Positions 1 to 11,299 of a stretch of 64,000 bases of DNA are shown here, piece by piece. The position numbers and the translations under genes were made by a program. Under the pieces are notes generated by a model. That model searched no databases. It was given only the letters and a program-made list of their open reading frames with translations, and had not been told where the DNA came from. Positions within the stretch are counted from its first letter, which is position 1. Every line of letters begins with the position of its first letter. The DNA is from an uncultured bacterium (lineage in GTDB: Bacteria > Acidobacteriota > HRBIN11 > JAKEFK01), in the NCBI GenBank assembly GCA_963777505.1, contig CAVZQN010000008.1, positions 128,001 through 192,000 of the forward strand, written 5' to 3'.

Positions 1-1523
1 CAACAATTCTTGCATTTCAGCACTATCACACATTCCGGAAGCGATTTGAAATGTTTCCTGTACGGATTGAAATGGTAAGCCGATTTAGATCACGCGCAGA
101 AATTAAGAAGATTCTTCAGGATACCTTCGAAAAGAAAGTTGATATTCTGATCGGAACTCACCGGCTTCTTTCAAAGGATGTTCAATTTAGTGATCTCGGT
201 CTTCTCATCATTGATGAAGAGCAGCGTTTTGGTGTTACGCATAAAGAAAAGATCAAGGAAATGAAAAAGAATGTTGATGCGCTTACGTTGACAGCGACTC
301 CCATTCCCAGAACACTTCAGATGGCTTTAATGGGATTTCGTCCAATGAGCGTGATTGAAACACCACCAAAAGATCGTCTGGCAATTCAGACAAACATCGC
401 CAAATACAGTGAAGATACGATTGGCGCTGCAATCCGCGCGGAACTGAAACGCGGCGGCCAAACTTACCTTGTTCACAATCGAGTTGAAACGATTCACTCG
501 GTCGCAGCTATGGTTCAACGTCTCGTTCCTGAGGCTCGTGTAGCTGTTGCTCACGGACAAATGGAAGAAGCGGGGCTTGAAAAAGTGATGATGCAGTTCA
601 TTAATCATGATTACGATGTGCTTGTCTCAACAACAATCATTGAGAATGGAATTGATATTCCGCTTGTCAATACTCTGATTGTGAATCGTGCCGATAGATT
701 CGGCCTTTCGCAGCTTTATCAGTTGCGGGGACGTGTTGGAAGGTCTCATCGCAGAGCGTATGCGTACTTCCTGATTCCTTCTGAAAAGGAATTGACTCCG
801 ATAGCACGAAGACGTCTATCGGCATTGCGTGAATTTACTGAACTCGGATCTGGATTCCGTTTAGCTGCACTTGATCTTGAAATCCGTGGCGCTGGCAACC
901 TGTTAGGAAGCGAACAACATGGCCACATTGCCGCTCTTGGTTTCGAACTTTATGTCAGAATGCTCGAACAAACCGTAAAAGAACTTCAAGGCGAAGAAGT
1001 CGTTTCTGACTTTGCAACTGAACTCAATTTGCACATCGATATCAGAATTCCGGAATCGTATATTCCGAATATGAATCAAAGGCTGAATCTTTATAAACGG
1101 ATCGCCAGTGTTCATTCGGAAGATAATCTCGAAATAATTCGTGATGAAATGACAGACCGGTTCGGCCCGGTACCTGCAGCAGTAGAAAATTTAATCGAAT
1201 ATGGCCGCATTAAAGCATCGGCTGAAAAACTTCGGATTAAATCAATTGATCGATCGGACGGAAATCTATTCTTGCAGTTCACTTCTGACGCTCCATTTCA
1301 TCCTGAAACGATTTTGAATTTCGTCCGCAAACACAAAGGATCTACATTTTCTCCTGCAGGCGTATTGAAATATCCAGGTGAACAATTATATAAACCTGAA
1401 TCAATATTCTCTTCTTTGCGAGAGCTGCTCAAAGAATTATCGGCCGGCCAAAATCAAGTTTTCGAGAGTCCTACTTATGATAAAATGCCAAAGTCCCCAA
1501 ACGGAGTTAAACAGCATGCGTAA
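1..1523 (+). CDS. mfd: Transcription-repair coupling factor (5'-truncated by window)
   Basis: [37 protein letters not shown] and a C-terminal TRCF domain; frame open to window start. Confidence 0.97.
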   Translation, partial: TILAFQHYHTFRKRFEMFPVRIEMVSRFRSRAEIKKILQDTFEKKVDILIGTHRLLSKDVQFSDLGLLIIDEEQRFGVTHKEKIKEMKKNVDALTLTATPIPRTLQMALMGFRPMSVIETPPKDRLAIQTNIAKYSEDTIGAAIRAELKRGGQTYLVHNRVETIHSVAAMVQRLVPEARVAVAHGQMEEAGLEKVMMQFINHDYDVLVSTTIIENGIDIPLVNTLIVNRADRFGLSQLYQLRGRVGRSHRRAYAYFLIPSEKELTPIARRRLSALREFTELGSGFRLAALDLEIRGAGNLLGSEQHGHIAALGFELYVRMLEQTVKELQGEEVVSDFATELNLHIDIRIPESYIPNMNQRLNLYKRIASVHSEDNLEIIRDEMTDRFGPVPAAVENLIEYGRIKASAEKLRIKSIDRSDGNLFLQFTSDAPFHPETILNFVRKHKGSTFSPAGVLKYPGEQLYKPESIFSSLRELLKELSAGQNQVFESPTYDKMPKSPNGVKQHA

Positions 1524-2451
1524 CGTGTTTCTAGTAATCATATTGAGCCTTACTTCATTCATAAATGCCGCGACTGTCGTCGAGGAAATTGTTGCCCGTA
1601 TCGGTAATGAAATTATCACACGATCCGATTTGAACCGTGAAGAACAACGTCTTTATACAGAATTGAGCGGCAGATATCAGGGCCAAGAACTGGAGGATCA
1701 ATACGCACAGCAGAAGAAATTGCTTCTTGATTTCATGGTGAACCAGAAGTTATTAGAACAGCGAGCGTCGGAACTCAATCTTGATGTCAGTGAAGAAGTC
1801 TCTGCTGCAATTAAGCGGCTTCGCGATGAAAGTAATATTCCGAATGATGAAGCCTTAGAAGCTGCTTTAAAGCAGGAAGGTTCCTCAATGAAAGAACTTC
1901 GAGAAGATTTCCGCCGGCGAATTATCCAGCAACGCATTCTTTGGAACTATGTTCAGGGCAGAGTGAATATTACGGAAGATGAAATTAAGACTTATTACGA
2001 TCAACATAAAGATGAATTGATGACACCTCCAAAAACTAAAATCAGCCGCTATACAATCAGTGACGAGAATGTAGCAAAAGAAGAGCTAAAGACCGAAGCC
2101 GACTCTATAATTGGAGAACTGCGTGCTGGTAAAGAGCCCGATGCAGCTGCTTTTGCACATTTGAAGGTTGATACAGGTATTGAGTTTACAAAATCCGATA
2201 TCGATCCTAAGATTGCTGCAATCCTGGACGGGATAGAAGTCGGCTCGTATTCAGATCCCGTCGAAACATCAACCGGTTATAGCATTTTTAAAATTGAAGA
2301 ACGCACGGAACCTGAATTGATACCTCTTGAACAAGCACGTGGTAAGATTTACAACCAGTTGCTTCAACAACGTGCAGAAAAATATCAAAAGAGTTTTATG
2401 GAAGATCTGAAAAAACAAAGTTACGTAGTAATAAATCAGCCCCCTTCCTGA
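1516..2451 (+). CDS. SurA-like periplasmic chaperone / parvulin PPIase
   Basis: Signal peptide [29 protein letters not shown] SurA-N start, degenerate rotamase (SDPVETSTGYSIFKIEE); ATG overlaps mfd stop. Confidence 0.85.
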   Translation: MRNVFLVIILSLTSFINAATVVEEIVARIGNEIITRSDLNREEQRLYTELSGRYQGQELEDQYAQQKKLLLDFMVNQKLLEQRASELNLDVSEEVSAAIKRLRDESNIPNDEALEAALKQEGSSMKELREDFRRRIIQQRILWNYVQGRVNITEDEIKTYYDQHKDELMTPPKTKISRYTISDENVAKEELKTEADSIIGELRAGKEPDAAAFAHLKVDTGIEFTKSDIDPKIAAILDGIEVGSYSDPVETSTGYSIFKIEERTEPELIPLEQARGKIYNQLLQQRAEKYQKSFMEDLKKQSYVVINQPPS

Positions 2452-2452
2452 T

Positions 2453-3421
2453 ATGCCAGTCTCCCAGACAATAGAATCATTACATTTGATCGGCGCATCC
2501 GATGTGATGCAACAGCTTTATAAAGTCATCGGAAGAATTTGTAATGCCGACTGTGCAGTCCTTCTGATCGGCGAAAAAGGCTGTGGCAAAAGCATGGTTG
2601 CTCGCGCATTACACTATTACAGTCATCGCACTCAGTACCCATTTCAAATGGTTGATGGAACACAGGCACGGGAAGCAAATGATGAAGATCTACTCGGTCT
2701 TGATGAAAGTCATGCGTTCGGATCAACATGTTACATAACTGGCTTTTCTTCCATGCCGGGATTTGTTCAACATCAGTTCGTTTCCATTCACAGAAAAAAA
2801 GAATATAAGTGTGCGCACACCGGTCAAATGCGAAAGCATAACTTGCGTTTTATTGTAGGAAGCGATGGAACCATGAAAGAAGAGATCGAAAGCGGGAAAA
2901 TGCCTGCCGATCTTTTTTATGATTGGAACTTCCTCACTATTCAGGTTCCACCTCTCAGAGACCGCAAAGAGGATCTTCCACTGCTTGCAAATCATTTTCT
3001 TGAACTTCATTCGAAAGAAATGCGAATTTCGCCGAAAGAACTTTCACCTGAAGCCGTTGAGATTTTAAAATCACATGATTGGCCTGGTAATCTTGATGAA
3101 CTCAAAATTGTGCTTCGTACAGCTCTTTCAAATTGCCGAGGGAATTACGTTCGAGCTGAGCATCTTCCCGAATTCCACAGGCTTCCTGCCTCAGATGCCT
3201 GGCCAAAGCTCGAAATGTTTTTGAATTCAAAGCTTTCCAACTACATTGAGAACTCTCCTCTTTCTTTACACGGAAATCTATATCAGCTGCTTCTACCGCA
3301 GATTGAAAAATCAGTCTTCCGCTATGCGTTAAAGAAAACGAAAGGAAATAAGAACCGCGCAGCAACCTTCCTTGGATTGCATCGGAATACACTCAACAAG
3401 AAAATTCAAAATCTTGGCTAA
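2453..3421 (+). CDS. Degenerate sigma54-activator-like AAA+ protein with Fis-type HTH, no receiver domain
   Basis: GEKGCGKS Walker A, VPPLRDRKEDLPLL, WPGNLDEL, GNKNRAATFLGLHRNTL HTH; GAFTGA and Walker B absent. Confidence 0.85.
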   Translation: MPVSQTIESLHLIGASDVMQQLYKVIGRICNADCAVLLIGEKGCGKSMVARALHYYSHRTQYPFQMVDGTQAREANDEDLLGLDESHAFGSTCYITGFSSMPGFVQHQFVSIHRKKEYKCAHTGQMRKHNLRFIVGSDGTMKEEIESGKMPADLFYDWNFLTIQVPPLRDRKEDLPLLANHFLELHSKEMRISPKELSPEAVEILKSHDWPGNLDELKIVLRTALSNCRGNYVRAEHLPEFHRLPASDAWPKLEMFLNSKLSNYIENSPLSLHGNLYQLLLPQIEKSVFRYALKKTKGNKNRAATFLGLHRNTLNKKIQNLG

Positions 3422-3436
3422 GGATCTATTACGCTC

Positions 3437-5533
3437 ATGTCAAATACTTTTTCCACAACTCTATCTCTACTCTTTTCACTATGTGTGCTATTGATGACGC
3501 CTTCAGTAAGCCGAACACAGCAACAGGATGACTCGCAATTTCAAGAATCATTAAAAGCTGTCGTGTCGAAACTCGGAAATGAGCTCAGCGAAGGAAAAAA
3601 TCAGGATCAAAAGAAACGCATCGAACGAGGGCTGTCACAAGCATCACAATTCTGGCGATCTGAAGATGGCGACGCAAAAACATTTGAAGCTTTTGCCCGG
3701 AAAAATATGATCGTGGATCAGGCAGTGCTTGACGAAACATTTAAACGCCTGGAGTTTATTTTCGAGCAGGTGGGCGGACATATGAATGAGATCAGGCGTA
3801 ATTTGCGTCAGCAAACGGATTTGGATCTAGGCCCTGTATTGCCGATCGATGAAATTCTTGGCGCTTATGATCCCTCAGCGAACTTAAATGATGACTTGTT
3901 CAAAAATAAACTTGCGTTTCTTGTACTTCTCAATTTTCCCTCAACATCTTTGGAGGAGCGCCTGAACGCTAAAGATTGGACTCGCCGTCAATGGGCTGAA
4001 GTGAGACTGGCGCAAGCTTTTTCGCGAAGAGTGCCAGGTGATGCAAACCTGCAGCTAACAAAAGCTCTTAGCGACGCAGATCAATATATTTCAGAGTACA
4101 ACATCTGGATGCATCATCTTCTGGACGAAGGCGGTCAACGATTATTCCCTTCCGGAATGCGGTTAATTACTCACTGGAATTTGCGCGATGAGCTCAAGGC
4201 TGATTACACCGATCCAAAAGGCTTTCCAAAACAAAAAATGATCGCCAAAGTGATGGAACGAATTATCACGCAGACGATCCCGGCTGTTGTCATTAACAAT
4301 CCTCATGTTGACTGGAATCCATTCACGAATGAAGTCAAAGCCTCAAGTGTAAATGATTCAGGAAAGGCTGACGCGCCGAAAGATTTGACGATTACAACCG
4401 AAGCAGAACCTGATACACGTTACAAGCATTTGTTAAACATTTTTCAAGCGAATCGGAGCATCGATCGTTACTCACCCACTCAACCTACTTTGATCGACCG
4501 AAGATTTAACGAAAACCGGGAGATTCCTGAAGAGCGCGTGAGAGAGATGTTTCAACAGATCTTAACATCGCCCCTGATTCCAAAGACGGCGGAAGTGATC
4601 AAAAAACGATTAGGACGTGAGCTGCAACCTTTTGATATCTGGTATAGCGGATTCAAAGCGAGAGGCAAATATACAGAACAAGAACTCGATGCCATTGTTT
4701 CAAAAAAATATCCGACGGCTGAAGCCTATGCTGCCGATATTCCAAATCTCTTACAAAAGCTTGGCTTTCAACCCGAGATCTCAAAATATCTCGCCGATCG
4801 GATTGTGGTCGATCCATCGCGAGGAGCAGGACACGCGATGGGAGCCGCCCGCCGTGAAGATAAAGCTCATCTGCGAACGCGTGTTGAAAAAACCGGAATG
4901 AACTACAAAGGTTACAACATTGCCATTCATGAAATGGGACATAACGTTGAACAAATTATTTCTCTGAACAAAATTGACCACACATTACTTCAGGGTGTTC
5001 CAAACATTGCATTTACTGAAGCACTGGCATTTGTATTTCAGGCACGCGATCTGGAACTTCTTGGACTTTCAAAACCAGATGAAGAATCAAAAGCGCAGCA
5101 AACACTTGCAGCATTCTGGACTGCGTATGAAATGGCGGGAGTTTCTCTTGTCGATATGAACGTTTGGAAATGGATGTACGATCATCCTGAAGCCACACCA
5201 GCTCAACTTAAAGAAGCAACTCTTCAAATTTCCAAAGATATCTGGAATAAATACTATGCTCCTTTGTTTGGACAAAAAGATGTAGTTCTACTTGGAATCT
5301 ACTCACATATGATTGATGCCATGCTTTATCTTCCTGATTATCCGATCGGGCAAATGATAGCTGTGCAAGTGGAAGAAAAAATTACTCAATCCGGCAATCT
5401 TGGAGCAGAGTTTGAGCGTATTTGCCTCACGGGAGCTGTCGTTCCTGATTTGTGGATGAAAGTTGCGACCGGTACACCTGTTGGACCCGAAGCTTTACTG
5501 CGTCAGGCTGAGAAAGCGTTGAGCAGTCTTTAA
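3437..5533 (+). CDS. Secreted gluzincin (M3/M32-like) metallopeptidase
   Basis: Signal peptide; HEMGH followed about 25 aa later by TEALAF; late H..Y..Y motif. Confidence 0.6.
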   Translation: MSNTFSTTLSLLFSLCVLLMTPSVSRTQQQDDSQFQESLKAVVSKLGNELSEGKNQDQKKRIERGLSQASQFWRSEDGDAKTFEAFARKNMIVDQAVLDETFKRLEFIFEQVGGHMNEIRRNLRQQTDLDLGPVLPIDEILGAYDPSANLNDDLFKNKLAFLVLLNFPSTSLEERLNAKDWTRRQWAEVRLAQAFSRRVPGDANLQLTKALSDADQYISEYNIWMHHLLDEGGQRLFPSGMRLITHWNLRDELKADYTDPKGFPKQKMIAKVMERIITQTIPAVVINNPHVDWNPFTNEVKASSVNDSGKADAPKDLTITTEAEPDTRYKHLLNIFQANRSIDRYSPTQPTLIDRRFNENREIPEERVREMFQQILTSPLIPKTAEVIKKRLGRELQPFDIWYSGFKARGKYTEQELDAIVSKKYPTAEAYAADIPNLLQKLGFQPEISKYLADRIVVDPSRGAGHAMGAARREDKAHLRTRVEKTGMNYKGYNIAIHEMGHNVEQIISLNKIDHTLLQGVPNIAFTEALAFVFQARDLELLGLSKPDEESKAQQTLAAFWTAYEMAGVSLVDMNVWKWMYDHPEATPAQLKEATLQISKDIWNKYYAPLFGQKDVVLLGIYSHMIDAMLYLPDYPIGQMIAVQVEEKITQSGNLGAEFERICLTGAVVPDLWMKVATGTPVGPEALLRQAEKALSSL

Positions 5534-5549
5534 CCGCAAAGACGCAAAG
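5533..5549 (-). repeat. 17-nt post-stop repeat copy
   Basis: ACCGCAAAGACGCAAAG fills the entire gap between two convergent stops. Confidence 0.8.
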
Positions 5550-7957
5550 CTACAATTCTCTTAACACTTTTGCTGGATCTAGTTTTGTAACTCTACGTGC
5601 CGGAATGTAAGCTGCTATTAAGGCTGCTGCAATCATCAGCAAAGTAACGCTAATCAAAGTCAATAGATCTGTAGGGCTGATTCCAAACAAAAGACCAGAT
5701 AGAAACCGTGTCAACAAAAGGACTCCGGTCTGCCCAAACAAAATCCCAACCATCGTCAATACAACAATAGGATAGAGAACCGCTTTCAAAACGTCTGATG
5801 ATGTTGCTCCCAAAGCGATACGGATTCCCATTTCTGATTTGCGTTGTGTGACTGCGAAATAAACAGTCGCATAAATTCCTGTTATTGCTAAAATCAATGC
5901 AACCACTGAAAGGATCGCCATTAAAAGCATCGCATAACGTTCTCTCAGGGTTGAATTTTTAACGAGCGATATCATCGGCTCAATACTTTGAACTGGCTGC
6001 TCCGGATCTATTTCTAAAACCGTGCGGCTCACTGCGGCCGTCATGACTTCAGGATTCGATCCAGTTCGCACAACAATATTCATAACGATGTAGGGGATTT
6101 GAGCAAAAGGAACAAACAATTCCGGCTCAGCATTTAACAAGGGTCCATAGGTACGAGTATTTCCCACTACCCCAACAATCTCGTACGTTTGCCAATCAGC
6201 CCAAAAGAAACGGATCTTTTTTCCTATTGGTGATGAACCCGGTGAAATCTGTTTTGCAAGATCTTCATTTACGATTACAACTCGCGGCGTATCAGCTATA
6301 TCAGAATTAGCGAAAGCTCTTCCCCTTAAAACTGGAATGTGCATTGCTCGAAAATAATCGGGAGTCGCTGAACGGAATTTTGCCTTAGACGCATTCGCCC
6401 GCTGCGGTTCGGGTTGCTCTGCGCGATGATACGGAACATCAAAATCAATCCCAAATGGATTCATTGGCAGGACGGTGACGGCTCCAGCTTCTGTAATACC
6501 GGGAATACTTTTGAGTCGAGCAACAAGCTCTCTAAAGTATTGAATCTGTTTCCCGTTCTCCGCGTAATGGTCATCCATCTTATTCTCGCAACCAAAAGAT
6601 TCTCTTTGGCAAAGCCCGAATCCACATCTTGAAGAAAGTAAAAGCTTCGTACAAATAAGCCGGCACCCATCAATAAGAAAAGCGCGATTGCAATTTCGAA
6701 TACTACGAAACGGTTTCGAAGCCTGTTCGTCTTTCGTGTCTCTACGATGCCACCGCTTTTTATTTTCCATGAGTCACTACGGGCTGGCTCAGAAGCACGA
6801 AGAGCCGGAACCACACCGAAAAGAACCCCTGTAAGAATCGATATTAAGAACGTAAACAGCATTGAGTTCAAACCAAGGTTTGTTTCTGAGAGACGTGGAA
6901 TAATTTCCGGATTTAGATTGAGTAAAAACAGAAAACTGAATCTTGCAAACAAAATTCCAATCAATCCGGCGCATAAACTGATTAAAAGACTCTCGATCAG
7001 GAATTGCGTTGCAACCCTTTTTCTGGAAGCTCCTAACGCCGCACGAATCGCTATCTCATGCTCGCGTCTTGTGAAGTAAGTGAGTACCAGGGTCGCTGCA
7101 TTAATACAAGCAATGAGCAAAACAATGCCTACAGCAGCGAATGCCACAAACAGAATTGGTTTGATGCCTCCAACAATTTGATCCATAAGAGAGATCATTA
7201 GGATTTGTGATCCGCGATTGCTGTCAGGAAATTCATTGCTTAATTGCTTTGCGATTTGATTCAAATCTTGCTGTGCTTGTTCGATGCTGATCGGTAACTT
7301 TAAGCGCGCAAAAACGCGCAGATAATTTTGACCTCGATCGATTGAGTCCAACCTCGCTCGATCTAAAATGAGAGACCCCCAAACATCTGCCTTACCCGAA
7401 GGACTTTCGAACCATTCCGGCAAAACAGCTGCAATTTGGTATGTCTGGTTATCAAGAAGGACGTGCGTTCCAATTACTTTTTTGTTGCTTCCAAATTGCC
7501 TTTGCCAAAATCCATGACTGATCGCAATTTGATCGGCATCGGAAAGAATGCTTCTGCCATGCAGCGGCTTCACTCCAAGCAATTCAAAAAAATTTGGAGA
7601 AATACGCGACCATGTAATCTCTTTTGCCGGACCCTCACCGGTCAATGTGACGGAGCTTATGCGCGATGCCGCTGCCATTCCTGAGAAAGAACGAGTTCTA
7701 TCGCGCCAATCGATAAAGTTAGACGCAGAAGTTGTATCCGCTGTGATGCCTTTTTCACGATTTGTTTCCCACAAAGTAACGAGACGATCCGGATTAGAAA
7801 ATGGTAGAGGTTTTAGCAATACTGCATTCAACAGGCTGAAGATTGCCGTATTTGCGCCAATTCCAATCGCAAGCGTCAAAACAACAAAAGCAAAAAAAAG
7901 GAAATTCTTGCGAAACATGCGAAGGCTGTAACGAATGTCACTGAGGATTGAATTCAT
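5550..7957 (-). CDS. ADOP-type duplicated ABC permease (MacB/FtsX), frameshifted near 6577
   Basis: DIRYSLRMFRK..TLAIGIGANTAIFS, LLIACIN, EIAIRAALGASR, EMGIRIALGA, YIPARR..LDP; ORFs 6461..8008 and 5550..6770 join at LLVARI/DDHY. Confidence 0.88.
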
Positions 7958-8642
7958 GATCCACCTTTGAATTGACGCTTTGGGCAATTTTCCAAAGCCA
8001 GATCCCAATTACAATTCTGACAAATGGTTGATACGTATATGAAATGAAATCAGGAACAAAGTTCATCCAGCTCTGACCTAAATACTCATTGAATAGTGTT
8101 ATGAATCCGAGCAGAGCCCAAAGAAATAACAAATTGCTGATCCATTTCTCAAGCCCGGATCCTTTGCGGGTAGCAATCGCATAGAAAATATTTCCGAGCA
8201 AGAAGCCAATCACTAGAAGAAAGAAGAGCCCATTGTTTACCTGCGTCCAGCTCATTAAGTTTTCTTTTATGAATTCCCGCACTTGTGGATCCGATTCATT
8301 TAGAAAACGGGATCGCCATCCATTGACAGTATTCATAACGAGCGAAACACGGGTGAGTTCAGCAAGAGCAAAAACGGCATAACCGCCTAAACCCAATCCG
8401 ACCCATCCTGCAGCAGTTTTGTATTTCGCGGCGGCGATTCCCCACATCGAAGCAAAGACAAACAAAATATGAATAAAAACCACCCAGAGCCGGAATTTAT
8501 AGATTGGATTGTTTGAAAGCTGGAGTTGCTCTTCAAAGGTGCTGGCTGGATGCAAAAGCGGAAGTAAGTGAACTCCAAAGGTAGTCAGAGCAGAAAGAAA
8601 CGCACACACTGCAACAAATCGAAAAAAATTCTTCGAAAACAT
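7938..8642 (-). CDS. Integral membrane protein of unknown function
   Basis: 234-aa ORF with about 6 hydrophobic segments, overlapping the permease start. Confidence 0.75.
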   Translation of the reverse strand: MFSKNFFRFVAVCAFLSALTTFGVHLLPLLHPASTFEEQLQLSNNPIYKFRLWVVFIHILFVFASMWGIAAAKYKTAAGWVGLGLGGYAVFALAELTRVSLVMNTVNGWRSRFLNESDPQVREFIKENLMSWTQVNNGLFFLLVIGFLLGNIFYAIATRKGSGLEKWISNLLFLWALLGFITLFNEYLGQSWMNFVPDFISYTYQPFVRIVIGIWLWKIAQSVNSKVDHEFNPQ

Positions 8643-8647
8643 AACAA

Positions 8648-8692
8648 ACTACAATAGTAGTAGATTTAACTATTATTGTAGTTGAATGTCAA
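8648..8692 (-). promoter_or_regulatory. Sigma70 -35 plus two BlaI/CopY-like operator boxes
   Basis: TTGACA (8692-8687); ACTACAATAGTAGT at 8648 and ACTATTATTGTAGT at 8669. Confidence 0.6.
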
Positions 8693-8698
8693 TGCGGG

Positions 8699-10001
8699 CT
8701 ATTTTTCGACAGATTCGAACATGCGCAGACTTTCTGAACCGATTGAACGTACAACATTGAAATTGCAAATCAACCACTCTCCACCTTCATTGACCATCGT
8801 GAAGTTATGAGTTGCAACGCCATCGAACGAGCTGCCATCATTGAGTATTCCATAGAAACGGCCTGCCAAACTTGCTTTGGCATTATTTGGAGTCACTGCG
8901 CTAACTTCAGTCGATCCTATAATATCTACTGAAGAACGCTCCACTTGCGGCTGTTGGACTTCAATGATTCTAATTTCATGTTCTCTTCCTGCACAATTTC
9001 GTGAAAACCCGACAACAATCTCTTCTGCAGACAAAATTTCAATATCATCAAAAAGTCTTAAAAACTGCTTACAAACTCCATCAATTTCATTTTTTGCTTT
9101 TTCTACATCAAAAAATGTGACTTTTAATTTGCGTGACGCTCCAGCTTCTTCACCGGATGAATCAGTTACTTTTAGTTCCACTGTAAACTCGCCGCTATCA
9201 GCAAATCGGTGAGTCGTTCGCATTCCAGTCGCTTTTTTACCATCGCCAAAAGTCCATTCATATGTTCGGATTGCACCATCCGGATCTACACTGGATGAAG
9301 CATCAAATGTGAATAGTGTTGACGTGTAGCCGCCCCCTGGAGATATTGCGAAATCAGCAATCGGCTTACTGTTTTCGGCAACCTGAATCTCTTTTTCCAC
9401 GCTATGTGTAGACTTCTTATCATCAATTACGGTGAGTTTTACTGAAACTTCCCCAATATCAGAAAATCTTTTCTGGATTTTTTTACCTTTTACAATTGGA
9501 CCATCATTGAAAGTCCATTGAAATGCGGTAATTTTTCCATCTTCATCGGTTGAAGCAGCTTGCATCAAACTCAAACAACGTATTGATCGTTCCTGCGGCT
9601 GGAGTAATTGTGTAACGCGCGGTGGGTGGAATGTTGTCGCCTATTGAAAATCCTGATTCAAGACGTACAGATTGACTGCCAACAGTTACAGTAATGACTC
9701 TGTCCCCTGTATCAGCATTTCGCGCGACATTGACTGTCACTTTCACACGAGTCGAATCCACAAATTCCTGAGAAACAATTTCAAATCCGCCGCCAAAATC
9801 GACACTAAAATCAGATCGAAATCCGGTTCCGGTTAACTCGATTTCAGTATTAGCCGCGCCTCGATTCACAGTTGAAGGCGAGACGGATTGAAGCGTCAAA
9901 GGTTGTTGTGGAACCGGTGTTGGCGGATTCGTAACACTATCCGAGCAGGAAATCAGACCTGCAAGCGCACATAAAACGACAACAATTCTAAGATGTTTCA
10001 T
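8699..10001 (-). CDS. Lipoprotein with Ig-like and two PKD domains, frameshifted near 9560
   Basis: Lipobox LISC; FDASSSVDPDG..YEWTFGDG PKD motif; ORFs join at FDA/ASTDEDG. Confidence 0.8.
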
Positions 10002-10106
10002 GATCGATGGAATGTTCTATAGTTTGGAGATCGGGGATTATAGCATGCCCCAGCTTTTTATTTCAATCGGACAGAATATGCTCGAAAGAGCTGGAGTCAA
10101 ACAGTA

Positions 10107-10123
10107 ACCGCAAAGACGCTAAG
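10107..10123 (-). repeat. 17-nt post-stop repeat copy
   Basis: ACCGCAAAGACGCTAAG, 1 nt beyond the stop at 10125. Confidence 0.8.
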
Positions 10124-10124
10124 G

Positions 10125-11135
10125 CTAATTTCCGATCAATTTTAGGGCGTGAATTGCATGGGTGAGCGGTGATATTTCTCGAGCGAGTGGGATCCACCTG
10201 GATTCGATTGTATCGGCCACCATATAAGACGCAGTATCAATCCATTCCCGATCAGTTAAGAACATTCCAAGCGGGCTAATCGCATCCAAGCAATGTCCTG
10301 TTGGATAAACGATCGCTTTTGCTGGAGAAAATCGTCGCGAAGCAACGTCTTTGAATTTTTCACGCCACTGCTTGAAATTAATCGGAGACCGGCCTTTCTT
10401 ATACCAGCAGCGATCGATGGAACCATCTTCTTTCTGGTTCCTTTTCATCAGAGCTGTTGCTCCCATTACATATTGGTAAGCATCTTTCCAAATTCCCTGG
10501 AGACGATCTGGTTCGACATCGTGCTCAAGACAGTATCGTGAGATCGAAAATGAAACACCTTCGATAACATGACTTCCAAAACATTTGCCTGAACCATATT
10601 CACGCTGCAATAAGGATCGTAGAACGCGATCGACACTTTGAAGGTCGCCTTTTCCATTTCTCCATTCCGCAGTCACACCAGGGTTAACAGAAAAAAGCAT
10701 TAGTGACCAGCTTTGTTCTTCGGGCGTCAGTACAAAACGATCCATTGCCGAATCGACAATATCAGCAAGAGTCCCTTGCGTGCCTTTATCCGTTACAATT
10801 TTAACGGTTTCAAAATGAACACCCGCAACTGCCATCGTACCGAGAAATTCATTCACATGTTTGTTCACCGTGAATGTATGTGAACCGGATGCGAAATACG
10901 GACCGTGTGAATCTTCTCGAACGATTCCACCCTCAAGTGGATAGCCCTGAATCTCGCGCGTCCCTGTGCAAAGGAATTCAAGAGCAGATTGAAATTTGCC
11001 TTCCTGAACATTGTAAAGAGGCTGCCCGGGCCCCCCTGCAAGAATCATGTGAAGGATTTGCTCGGGTGGAAAATCACTGTCGAGCTGAATATAGCGGAGC
11101 CTGCTGATTGCTTCCTCAATGGTGTGGATAATCAT
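10125..11135 (-). CDS. Hypothetical protein with His/Cys motifs
   Basis: 336-aa ORF; CFGSH, TGHCLD, THAIHAL. Confidence 0.7.
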   Translation of the reverse strand: MIIHTIEEAISRLRYIQLDSDFPPEQILHMILAGGPGQPLYNVQEGKFQSALEFLCTGTREIQGYPLEGGIVREDSHGPYFASGSHTFTVNKHVNEFLGTMAVAGVHFETVKIVTDKGTQGTLADIVDSAMDRFVLTPEEQSWSLMLFSVNPGVTAEWRNGKGDLQSVDRVLRSLLQREYGSGKCFGSHVIEGVSFSISRYCLEHDVEPDRLQGIWKDAYQYVMGATALMKRNQKEDGSIDRCWYKKGRSPINFKQWREKFKDVASRRFSPAKAIVYPTGHCLDAISPLGMFLTDREWIDTASYMVADTIESRWIPLAREISPLTHAIHALKLIGN

Positions 11136-11251
11136 ACATTCCTCTCACCGCAATCATTCAAGACACATGAAAGGTTAAAAAGTTCCCGAAAATACACTTT
11201 CAATCTTAAGAATGCTCAGAACGAAAAACAACTGCCGGAATCATAAAAAAC

Positions 11252-11290
11252 TTGACACAACATCCAGCTTTGTACTAGTATACTAGTACA
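11252..11290 (+). promoter_or_regulatory. Sigma70 promoter overlapped by a YtrA-type operator
   Basis: TTGACA 11252-11257, TAGTAT 11276-11281; perfect palindrome TGTACTAGTATACTAGTACA 11271-11290. Confidence 0.8.
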
Positions 11291-11299
11291 CTAGAAAAC

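Noticed and set aside
5533-5549. GACGCAAAG resembling a c-di-GMP-I riboswitch segment
   Set aside because: No surrounding GCAAACC/P1 structure; it lies at 3' ends, not in leaders.
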